A DNA stretch of 64,000 nt from the human T2T-CHM13v2.0 reference genome, Homo sapiens. Below the pieces are notes generated by a model. That model did no database searches. It was not told the DNA's origin and worked only from the letters and a program-made list of their open reading frames with translations. A program made the translations under genes and the position numbers. The stretch is from assembly GCF_009914755.1 (NCBI RefSeq), contig NC_060927.1. The stretch is one strand, 5' to 3'. Positions 23,976 through 37,065 of this stretch are shown here, piece by piece (position 1 is the first letter of the stretch; each line of letters begins with the position of its first letter).

Positions 23976-26884
23976 TATCTATTATTGACTCCATTATTTT
24001 GAAACGTCTTTTAAAGAGTTAGGTGATACAGTTCAAGAGTCAAAATTCAAAATGTGTAAGATGAGTTACAGTAAAATGTTGTCCTTCTACTACTGTTGCT
24101 CAGACTCCTGTTCTCCTTTGGTGATTTGTATATCCTTCAAAAAAATTTTAAAAATATGTATATAAGCCAATATACTGAGTTTTGTGTCTTGCTTAGGAAA
24201 ACCATCCCACCCTAAGACTATAAAAATTTTTCTTCTTGAAGTTTTATAGTTTTTTTTTTCCCCATGGGTATCATGATGTGAGGCCAGGATTGGTGGACTT
24301 TTCGGGATGCCAAATAATTGTTGTTCACTATGCGGATGGTCCATCAGGAACTTCGTAGTTTCTTTTTTCCTCAGTGCCGAGGGTCATCCACATGTGTCAC
24401 AAGGTATAGTCAAAACAGTTTTCATAATTGAATCTCCAGTGGAACTTTCCAACCTGTGTCAGAAAGAGGAGATCAGATGAGTTGGGGCAGCTGGACATTT
24501 TCATTTCCCTAGTGAGGGAAGGAGAGTGTCACAGGAATTAGAGGAATCATAAGCTCTAAGAATCTGCCCCCTCCTGAAGGGCAGGTAGAGAAGCCTGGGA
24601 AACTTGGAGTAGTGACTTGACTTTAACTCTGGTCCCATGAATTGAGAATTTCAATGTGACCTGAGCTTGTTTTTGTTGCAGGAGAATGCACTAACCTTTA
24701 TGAAGTATCCACTATGTATTAAGTGTAGTGCTTTGGATTTTATATGCTATTTTGTTTTTTCCTCATGAAAAGTTCAAGTTTTATGGGATTAGTCTTATCT
24801 CCATCCAAAAGATGAAGAAACTGAGATGTGGGAAGTTATTCTAAAGCCTCAGCCCTTTCCCAGTACCTCGAAGGCTTGCAAATTAATGGTACAAAAGGTA
24901 TAAAAAGGTTTATAGAATTTATGAGACTCAATTATTTTTAAGAACCATAAGCAGCATTCATTTGTTGAAAAGTAAAGTGATCTTCGCAACTAGTTTTTTT
25001 TTTCTTTTTGAAAATAAGAGCCAAGGAAGAGAATATTCAAATTGGCTAGTGTGCAAGTAATTTCATTATCCAGCTTGATGTGTATGTAGGGAGCCAGGGC
25101 ATTCAGGTGAGTCAGATATTCTGATTTAACAGTGGGTGGCCCTGTGGAACACACACAGATTGTATACTTTCCATAAAAAGAAAAAAAAATACCCGAGGGA
25201 CTAAAGCAAAAAAGGGACTAAGTAGAAAAAAAAATGTTGAGCTCTAGATATGTGCTAACCAAAATTTAGCATTTATTTGACAATACAGGGGTTTCCTTTT
25301 GATATGGTTGAACTTCACATTCATTATTATCAATCCTAGTCCTATGGTATGGTGCCTGATTTTACTGGGCAGACCTGCTGAGGGGGGCTATCTGGAAAAG
25401 TTCCTGGAGGGGATGGAGAAGGGCATGGGATGGAGAGAGCAGGTAGAGGTTCACAGGAGGGCTCTGCCTGGGCTGAGGAGTGAGGCTTCAGCTGTGGTAA
25501 CTGGCAACTTAGCTTCCTGATTCTCTGATGGTGACCTCAGGGACTGAGAGATGTGAGGAACATTTAAGAGAAGCCAAACCTCCTGGGGGGTGAACGGCCT
25601 CCTGTTGGCCATGAAGTAACACCATCTCCTTTGATAGGCAGAGAAATGGCTCTTGGTGGAAATGAGATGGAGGAACTGCATGACTGGCTGCGAGGGAAAC
25701 AGAGGAGGTAACAGTGAACTCTGGATTGCAGAGGCCTCATGGATCAGTTCTGAGAGGGTCTCTCCAAATATTTCCAGCTTTTTTTTTTTTCAGGAAGAAT
25801 TCCTTTGCAATGTAGGTGCCTTGGGGAAGGCAGCCAACCAGGTGTTCATGCTGAGTAGGAAATGGGAGGTCAGGGCAGTGAGGGAGGATGGAAGGTGCAC
25901 CAGCTTCTGTGATTGACTTCATCAGGATGGCCTCACAGGGACATGCCTGTGAAGACCTAGGGAAGGGAGTCATGGACTCTGCTCCCTGACTGCAGATATC
26001 CACCCCCACCACTGCTTACCTAAGGCCTGCCCTCCTCTATGCCTTCCTTTGACCTAGGCTTTATCTTTTGCCAAGATAGGAATATTTCCTGAGGGCCTAA
26101 ATATTAAGCTCTCATCATAAATACCTTGGATGGGATGAGGTTGTCATGGTACTTTTCACAGGACCTAGTGGAGAGGGCATGGGGCCCAGGGTAGACGAGC
26201 TTTATAAGGTCCTGAAGGAGGAGAGGGGACTGGCTCTTGTGTGGGCAGTGGGGGGTACTGGGGTGACATGCTGTGTTAGAGATTCAGTGCAACATGGGGG
26301 TTCTATTGACTGCTGGGGGAACTAGAAGCCCCCAGAGAAGGGGTAGGGAGGGATCAGGTTTTCACCACTTAACAAGGTGGTTTAGAGCCCAGGGCAGTGA
26401 AAGGTTGTCTTCCATGAGCTGGGCATGCCTCAGCCAAGGCAGAGTTAAAGATCCTCAGCAGAGGTCGGAGGTGAGCAAGATGAAAGCTACACAAAAGCTG
26501 AGGCAAGGAGGAATAATTAGCTTCTGCCTTTCCCTCCTGCTGCCTGGCCTGATATTTGAGGTGACATTTAAAGCCATTGTACAGATGTGCAGTGGAACTG
26601 TGGCAGAACGAAGGCTTTCTGGAGCCTGTGGAGAGATGAGGCTGATTTCTCAGCCTCCTGGGTGGCAGCTTCTCACCCCTCCATGTGGGGCCCTCTACTG
26701 GGCCTTGAGAGGAGAGAGGCCCCTCTGCCTTCCAGGTGAGCATACTCTAATGGGGGACTCAGAATCTCCCTCCCTATTGGACTCTCAGGGTGTTGGGGGA
26801 GGTGGGGTACGCACTAGAATTCAAGATAGTGACACGAAGCTGGTGCTGAGGGTAGGAGAGGAGAGCACAGACTGAAGTGGATGG

Positions 26885-27015
26885 ATCACCATTGCAGAAT
26901 TCTCTGGGGAGCTTGTTAAAAATGCAGGCCTCTGGGAGTGAGGCCTTGTTATCTGTATGGATAACCAACCGTCTAAGGTGATTCTGCTGCCCATTAAACT
27001 TTGAGAACCTCTGAG
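26885..27015. mobile_element. MER5 (hAT-Charlie) remnant
   Basis: ggggagcttgttaaaatgcagg...ggtgattctg...tttgagaacctctg. Confidence 0.65.
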
Positions 27016-30000
27016 ATAGAGAATGTGTGAGGTTAGCTGGAAAGGGCCTCTTTGGAGGGTGGACTTGAATTTCAGTGTCTAGATGATACTTACTTGCTGT
27101 AGATACTGTCCTCAGGTGTGGACCTAAGAAGCCCGTTCACCTGGGGACACTAAGCTGTCATGGGAGAGACTGGCAGGGGTCCAACCCACCCTTGAAATGG
27201 TATCCCTGGGAATGTGTTGCCACGGGTTCCACTCCACCACTTGGGCGCTAATCGCCAAGGGGACAGAAGTGGTGTGGGAGGTGACTGAGGATGCTGTCTG
27301 CTGGAGTGTTTGATTCATGTTACAACTGAAGCACAGCTTGCAGGTCAAAATGGTAGCCGGGTGGAGCCCGCTTGTTGGGGCAGGGTGAGGGAGATCAGTA
27401 TGTCTGTGGACGGTCTTCACTTTGGTTTGCAGATACCAGCAACTATGCTACCTCCTGTATTGCCTTCACTTGCCAGATAGGTCCATGTGTCTGAGGAGTT
27501 GGGCCAGTGCTGCTGAGGGGACAGTGGCCATTGTCGTCCCAGGAGATGAGTGGGAAAGATTTGGGATATGGTTGGATCTCTCCTCCCTCCGTGCTGCTTG
27601 CCTTCTGCTCTATACACTTGTGCTGGCTTTATCTGATTGGGAACACAGTGTTTTCAAGTTGGGGTGGGTGAAGAGAGGGAGAAAGAACAGTGCCAAGGAA
27701 AGAAGAAGGAACATCGAAGAGAAAGGAACACATCCATGTTGTGATATCAAGTAACTGCTGAACATCCGGATGGGCATCAGCCCTCTGGAGTGGATGGGCT
27801 GTTGCTGGCCTGGTGTCACTGCCTGTCCCTGGAAAACATGTCTCTGTAGCCAGCTGGGTGGGCTGGAGGAAACACGTGAATGGGAATAGTTGTGCTTGCT
27901 TTGACCATGATGAAAGAAGGAGCCACTGTGGAAGCATTGTATAAGACAAAACAAAAACAACAACAAAAACCTACTAATAAGGCTGTGTCCTGGCCAATAT
28001 CCTTTCTAATTGCACTGCAGTTAAATGGCAATGCTGACAGTCTCTTGGAACATTTTATTCAACTTCTGGAGGGGCTGCATTTCAAGTAAGACTTATGAGG
28101 CTCTGTGGGAGATGGAGAAATGAGCAGTGGTGGGCTGGGGAGCTCCAAGGAGCCCAGCCTGATGGGTTGAAGCCAATCTTGAGTAAAACTCCAGGCTGAA
28201 TGGGTTCACCCTGGGGCTGACCCAATGGGCATTGCTTATGTTCTTAGGTCTGTTTGCGGGGGAAGTGCTTGCACCCATATTATTCTTGACAGTCTTTATT
28301 CCCATTTTCTCTGCAAATGAGACTGTGTGGAATGTTTTGCCCTTGATTACTGGAGGGAGGGGAACAGAGCCAGCTTCTTTCTCCAGCCCCAAGAATGAGG
28401 CTTGTAGCACTAGCACCATTAGAGCACTCTCTGGGACTTTCTGCCTCACAGTCAGATGCTCTTCCCCTGCCCCTCTCTGTCTAGGTCTCCTGCCATGATG
28501 CGAGCCTCCCGTTTCAGATTTCTCCCAAGTTGTGTTAGAAAAAGCCTTTTTGGCATTCTTACTTGGAGATGCACTCTCTCTGCAGTTATAAGTCAGGGGC
28601 CAAAGAAAAAGATGAAAAGCCCTTAGTTAATAAGTGGCCACATTTGGACCCTCCACTCAACCTGTGCCCATGGCATGTCAGCACTGCCCTGGAGGGGCCT
28701 CCCTCAGGGTTCCTGTTAGGAAACAGCAGTGTTTCCCCAGGTCCTGCCCTACTGTGAGGGCTCCCGTATCTCAGTGAAACGTGTCACAATTTCCCAGAGA
28801 ATCTCTTAGTGCCCCAGAAACTCTCAGGGAGGAGACAGATGGGCACCTACGAGTTATCTGACCTTAAACAAGTTATTTAATCTTTTGGAACATGGATTTT
28901 CTCTTCTGTATACTGGAGAAAGTGATTCCCATCCTACAGACCTTGCAGGGCAAACAGGAGATGATAGTTATGAAAGTACTTTGTGAACGAAAAAGTACTG
29001 GCCACATGTGAGCGATGGATTCTTGTTACTCGTGAAGGGAGAAACACCGGGTTACTTCTCTCTGGAGGGAGGAGGAGGGGTTTGCATTCTTGTGTTAACT
29101 ACACACTGGAGTCTTGTCCATTTAAGGTAATAAGAAAATAATGCTAACAGAGCCTGAGAGGTAGCTTCTTGGGTGGTGATGTCTCTGCCGAGACCCAATG
29201 CTGCCGTTTAAGAAGAAACCACAAGGCAGTTGGGGGGCAGGGGCAGGCGGTGGAGGTTGTGACTCTGCTTGCTTTCTCCCTCTCCCTCCTTGCTCCTACC
29301 CCCTGGACGTGCCTCCTCCCCAGTCTGAGTTCTTCAGAAATCTGCACCCTCTCTCATCTTGGAGGTATAAGTTCCAAGGAAGAGCTGGTGCTGAGGGAGA
29401 CATGCCTCCAGTTGCCTGATGGAGACCAGGAGGCCTGGGAGACCACCATTCTGTTAGGACAGTGAGAAGGCATTGCTGGCATGGCCTAGGCTGCACAGAG
29501 CTGTGATGAATGTGCAGATGGCTGTTGGGTAGTTTTTAGGCTTGGAGAACAAGGTCATCCTAGACCTGGGGACTCCTCAGGTTTCATTTCAGTGAATAGC
29601 ACTCCCAGTCACCTGGGTCACAGGCTGGCCCACTGTAAGAGGGGCTGTGATTGGGCAAGGACTGGGCACCCCGTCATGCCCCAAAGGCCTTAGACAATGC
29701 CCAGGGGCTGAGGTCTCTGCAGCTTACTTTTCTCCTTGCCTTGAAAATAACATTGTATCAGGGACTCAGATGCCCTTGCATGTTCATTTGTCTAGTTAGT
29801 AATCACTCGAGTAACTGCGAAGTTCAGGGTTCTTTGAGGGACACAAAGATGGAGTTTATGGGCAAGTAAGGGAGAAGAGTCATATACAAAGGAGAAGGTG
29901 GAATGAAAAAAATAAAATATAAAGGAAGGAAGATCAGGGAAGTCTGCCTGGATTCTGTGGCATTTGAGTTATTTGTTGGAAAAATTAGGCGGATTTGGCC

Positions 30001-30599
30001 ATGATGAGGTGGAGAGTGGGGAGAGCATCCTATTGGCAGGAAGGGCAGGAGCAAAGTCCTGGGGATAGAAAACCGTGGGATGTATGAATGTGTGGGGAAC
30101 TGAGAGTCTGGCAAGAGGGAGAGGGGCTGAGAGGTAAGGGAGAACCTTCTATCTACCAGTATCTACCAGGTGCAACACCAGAAACATTATATTCTTCTTT
30201 TGCTTTGAGGCTCACAAATACTGTTCTCTCTGGTTTACAGAGGAGGAAGCTGAGGCACATGGAGCTGAAAAACTTGATCCAGGCCAGGCAAGTATTAAGT
30301 GGCAACCAGGATTTGGACCCATGACTGTGTGACTTCAAAGCCCATGCTGTCTCTACTATAACAAAGGTTCCATGAAGGGACGTAGGGAAAAAGGATCTGT
30401 GGCCTTTTACCAGTCATGCAGGTCCTGCAGTCTTGGGCAAGGAGAGCCAGTGGTCCCTACAGTGAGGCAGTGAGGCAGTAACGCTCCCAGGCTCCTGGAC
30501 TGGCCTCAAAGTCCAAAATGGCCGAGCTTCTGGCTTCCCATCCCATATTCTATTGGAGGAGCCACTGGCCTCTGGTGTGGGAGGTATGGAGGCCAGGAT

Positions 30600-30975
30600 G
30601 GCAGGAGATGCTGGAAAAAATTTAAGACATGGACTTGACTGTGGATTTTCATTCTCAAGACCACTGCAAACCTCGCGTCTTTGCGAAAACCCTTCCTGAC
30701 TCCCTCCCACGCATCTCCGACCTCCCCTTGGGTCCAGGCAGGCTCGGTCTGCACACGGCGTTGTTCTGCACTTGTTCCTTTGTTGCTGTGAAACCGGCTC
30801 CCGGCACAGTCAGCCTCTGTGTGGGAGGACTGGTGGCTGTCTTTGCAGGCAGGCATTTGCTTAGAGCAGGCTGTGTGCGAGCCCAGCGTCAAGTGATTCC
30901 GGCCTCCTCGAGTCAGCGGTGGTGGGATGAGGCTCTGCCGAGGGGACTGGCTGTGAAGGATGAGTTCAGGGTGGG
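30600..30975 (+). promoter_or_regulatory. KALRN: KALRN Ex1C promoter / 5' UTR; locally CpG-enriched, no obvious TATA box
   Basis: CpG density rises at ~30670-31040 against a CpG-depleted background. Half-CRE CGTCA at 30887, ETS-like TTCCGG at ~30897. Lies directly upstream of the first coding exon. The TSS cannot be fixed from sequence. Confidence 0.75.
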
Positions 30976-31042
30976 ATGACGGACCGCTTCTGGGACCAGT
31001 GGTATCTCTGGTATCTCCGCTTGCTCCGGCTGCTGGATCGAG
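30976..31042 (+). CDS. KALRN: KALRN alternative first coding exon (Ex1C): MTDRFWDQWYLWYLRLLRLLDR + first base of Gly; phase-1 donor
   Basis: Manual translation from ATG 30976 gives 22 codons + G, followed by GT at 31043. The peptide matches the human Kalirin N-terminus as I recall it (MTDRFWDQWYLWYLRLLRLLDRGSFRNDG...). Too short for the ORF track. Confidence 0.95.
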
Positions 31043-31429
31043 GTATCCTGAGTGTGTGTATGCTTGTATGAGAGACTGAGAGAGATAAATACACATAGAG
31101 ACATAAAGAGACATGCAGAAAGACACAGCAGAGAGGGGAGGGGGGTCAAGAAGAGAGAGAAGGAATGAAACAGAGGCAAGTAGCAAACCCATGGAAAGTA
31201 AAGAAAGGCTGTTTTTCTGGGGACATGTATGACCCAGCTGGGAATCGGGAGCACAGGGTCATTTGGGGAGCATCTGTATAACAGGATCTCATTTCTTGCT
31301 GGGTTTTTCATCAAGCTCAGTACTCTAGTCAAATACAAGTTAAGCCCTGTCTTGCAGGGCTCTTGATAGAACTCTCTGAGAAGCAGTGCAGAAGGAGAAT
31401 GATTCCTGCAGTAAGAAGCTGGGGGCAAA

Positions 31430-31625
31430 CAGACTCAGGCTCAAGTCTCAGCTCTGCCACTGACCTTAGCCTGATTTATGTGACTTTTCTGAGCTTGTTT
31501 ACCCATCTATAAAATGGGCACAGTAAGACCTATGTGCTGAGGTTGCTCTGGAGCTATTATTTAATTCATACATGTAAAATATATAACATCATATATGGTG
31601 CACACAGTAGGTGCTTAGTAAATAC
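31430..31625 (+). mobile_element. MIR SINE just downstream of Ex1C
   Basis: tcaagtctcagctctgccactgac...catctataaaatgggcacagtaa...cacagtaggtgcttagtaaat. Confidence 0.7.
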
Positions 31626-32289
31626 TGAGTTCCTCCCTATGCACCTCTTAGCTTCACAGAACTATTACTACCTATCCTGAGGATAGCTCCCTTTTTTGAT
31701 TATCTACAGATACAGCCGGTACAGAATTTGCAGTTAGTGGAAAGAAAAGAGAAAATCAGTTTTATTTCTCAGGTTAATCTGACCTTAATACATTTTATCA
31801 AATATTAATGCAATTAAAGTCTTCTGATAATGTGACACAAATCCAGATGTTCTTTTGTAAGGAAAAGCCACTGTGAACTTGTTTGGTAATTGATTTTTTA
31901 AAATGTTGAATATTATTTTTAAAAGCTTTGGCTTCTTTAAGAGGTTTTGGCAAGAATGAGATCAAACTCCTGATGGAAAAGATGGCCCTGGGGAAGCCTT
32001 GCTATACAGCCCAAGGTGTATTCATCTCTGTGAGGAATAGTCTTGGTGTGCCGGGAGATCAATACCAGGTGGAAGCAGACAGCTGCACAGAGCAGGTGAA
32101 ACAGGGCCCTTATCAGGGGAGAAATCAAAGATGGAGGAAACCAAACCAGCACACACTAAAAGCAGTTTCTCACTAGCACCGAGAAACAGGCCAGTGGGAG
32201 CCCAGACTTGAGATGAGGGCGTTAAGAAGGGCATCAGAACTTCACACTGATGAAGATTATAGACTGGGAGAAGGGAGAAGAGACCACTA

Positions 32290-32500
32290 GATGTGAATCC
32301 TCCTTATCTTTGTGACCTCAGGCAAGTTGCTTAACCTCTCTGTATCTTCTTTCCTTCATTCGTAAAAAGGGGTGATGATGATAATGGTAGTACCAACTCA
32401 GAGGGTTGCCGTAGGGGCTAAGTGAGAAACTACAAGTGAAATACTTATCCCAGTGCATGGCACAAACAAAGTACTCTTTAAATGGTAGTTTTCATTACCA
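32290..32500 (+). mobile_element. MIR SINE
   Basis: tgtgacctcaggcaagttgcttaacctctctg. Confidence 0.7.
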
Positions 32501-35109
32501 AGGCAGTTAATTCTCACTCTCCAACAAACATCCTGGGAAAGACAGGAACAGGTGGTATATAATAACCGGGAACTAAGAAAAGTCCAATTAAGAATGGTTA
32601 GAGGCTTAGAGACAATTTATACTTACATGAATTTAAACAAGATTCACACTACCATATGATGCTAATTATAAGAAGAAACTAGATGTTAATGTATAAGCTA
32701 TAATACTACCAATTTATTTTTATCTTTTAGAAATGCTTGAATCCATGAGTCACAAACTTAGGCTCAAGTTCTGGCTCCATTGCCTTCTAAGTGCCCTTGA
32801 ATAAATGGCTAAGGGTAAGGACTTAAAACATAAAGGGTCTTGTTTTCTAGGGCTATACTTAACCAAATTCTCAGTTTGTTAATCTTAAAAATTGGAATAT
32901 TAATAATAATGCCTACATCATAGAATTTGGGGGAAATTTATTGTGTTAGTGCATATACAGTGTCAGGCGTTTTGGAAATGTCAGGTTAATGAATTTATGG
33001 GTTGATAGATTAACCTGTCACCTTGGATAGCAAAAGCTGGTTGCAAGAATTATGTGGTCTTCCATGCACGTTTGATCACCACATATGGCTGTAATTTGAA
33101 AGTTTATGTGTATTTCTATCTATAGGGTTTTCCTTAATGTGAAGTTTTAGACCAGTAGCTCTTGACTGTGTAGGGTGTCTGATTTCCAGGTGTTTGGAGG
33201 TTGGGTGTTGATTATGTTGCCCAGTTCTGGTTAATCAGTATTAAAGTATTACACATGTGTGCATACCCACATCCATATTCAAAAAGAATTTTCAGTTATA
33301 GCAACTTTCCTCTTGTAACGAATGTTACCTAACATTGCATAGAAAATGGCATGCTTTAAAGTGGCATGTTAGGCTGAGCTAGCTCATTGAAAGATGCTCA
33401 ATAAATATTTGTTGAAGGAATGAATGAGTAAATGAATGAAAGATGAACCTGCCTTTCTGGGCAGTGAACAGAATTCCCTTAGATTTGATCTTTCTTAAGT
33501 GTAACAGAATTTAGCTCCTTTGATCTGTTTGAAGATTTTATATCATTTTGCCCTCATCATTGTCGTGCCTTATGTCATCTTGAAAGTAACAGGCCTCAAG
33601 AAAGTAAGGAGGGGATAGGAAATGAGAAGTGGGAACTGATGAGTTTATCCCAGGAAATTGAAATAATGGATGAGCTGTATGCTGGCCTGAGTCACTCACT
33701 TGGCTGTGACTGGAGGATAAGTGAATCTGTGATTTGACACACCTAGGAAAAGGCAGGAAACATTAGAACACATCATGGAGCTGAAATAAACTTTACAAAG
33801 AAATAACAGCGTAGGCTTGATGATTGCAGACTAATCTTTTGTCTCCCCTATCACTGTTCAGCTAAGGGTAAGGATTTGAAAAATAAAGGGTATTGTTTCT
33901 AGGGCTATACTTAACTATATGCAAGAATTTATTTGACAGTGTACTACCAGCTTGTTCAGACATTATTTTGATGATTTATTCTCCTTAATAATAGATGCTG
34001 TTTTTGTGGTGTTTGTTACTGGGCGTTTGCCAATTCTGCTGATTGTATTCTGTGCTTATAGACGTTGACTAAGGAGATGGTTGCTATGGTGGGGACTGTC
34101 TATCAAAAGAAAAGAGCTCATAGAGATAAGAAGCATGAGTTGTATATAAAAGAAGTCACATTGCTTTTTGTTGTTGAGTTTTGGTGTATTCATGGGGACC
34201 TGACAAGTAAGGTAGGGGTTTACGTTCCTTTGTTTACATGTAATTTTTTTTGGTAATGGGAAGAATGAAAGACTGCTGCTCTTTATTCACAGAGCATCAG
34301 GCAGTGTTTCCCAGCATGTGGGAATGTCCACCACTGGTAGTACATGAGATGATTTTAGGTGATTTACAGATGTTTCTTGAGCTTCTCTTGCTGGTCACTG
34401 CTTGGCACAGTCCAGAAGACAATCTGTTTTCCCCGATGCCTGCTTCTGTTGGGCTGTCCACTCCTGCCCCACCCATTCACTGTGGGCCCTCCTTAATCCC
34501 ACCCATTCCTCAGCTCTCTCTTCGTTCCTACCTCTGGTCTCCCTCTTCTCCTTCTGGCATCCCTGCCTGGGCCTCACACTTTGCCCTGCCTTAGTTTCTT
34601 GGCCCCAGTATGTCTCCAGCCTCCCTGGCCCTCATGCCTATTGTCTGTCCCTTGTGTTCTTTCAAGGCACAGCTTTATGCTACCTGCTACAAGTATCCCC
34701 ATTCCCTGGCATTTCTCTATTATCCTCTAACTAATTGCCCAGCTTCCATCCCTTCTTATGTCTGTGCTGGGCCACCTTCGCCCCACAGATCCTGTGTCTC
34801 CAATCCTGGACTTGCGCCTACCTGTCTTCCTTGCCTCTAATCCTGAGTGCCTTTCCCTTTCAGCCATGATCTTCTTTTTTCTTTTTCTCCTACCTTTTTA
34901 TGTCACCTTGCAGTCCACTAATTTCTTTTATAAAGAAGCATAAGTAAAAAAGAGTCAACTTAATATCAAGGAAACAACAGTGTAGGAGGTATGTGGATAT
35001 GGTTAAAATAGTGACAGAAGTACAAAAATTACTGATGTTTGTCATTATGTCAGCATCTCACATGTTGAACTTAAGTGATATGCTGAATTAGGCTTCTAAT
35101 TTCTTCTTG

Positions 35110-36807
<1,698 letters not shown>

Positions 36808-36869
36808 TCTTCTTGGGACTGTCAACATTCCTGTAGCTACCACAAAGTGTTTTGGATTCTGGACCAGAA

Positions 36870-37065
36870 ACCAACTGTTCTCACCTCTCAATGTATGCTA
36901 GAATCATCTGGGAACTCTTAGAAAGCGTAATGTCCAGTTCCTCTGTTTCAACACCCCCACTTCCACCTCCAGCCAATTAAATTGGAATAGCTGGAAAGGG
37001 GGCTAAACACTGGCATTTTAAAGACCTCTGTAGGTGATTCTAATGGCAGCCAGAGTTGAGAACTG
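36870..37065. mobile_element. MER5-like DNA transposon remnant
   Basis: tagaatcatctgggaactctt...ggtgattctaatggcagccagagttgagaactgct. Confidence 0.55.

Noticed and set aside
26273-26875. 200-aa ORF
   Set aside because: Non-ATG start, no domain similarity or coding features.
30150-30480. Short tandem duplications (atctaccag x2, cagtgagg x2) upstream of Ex1C
   Set aside because: Too short to distinguish from background slippage.
30506-31428. 228-aa and 171-aa minus-strand ORFs and a 116-aa plus ORF over the promoter
   Set aside because: No recognisable protein; expected by chance in GC-richer sequence. The real exon is in another frame.
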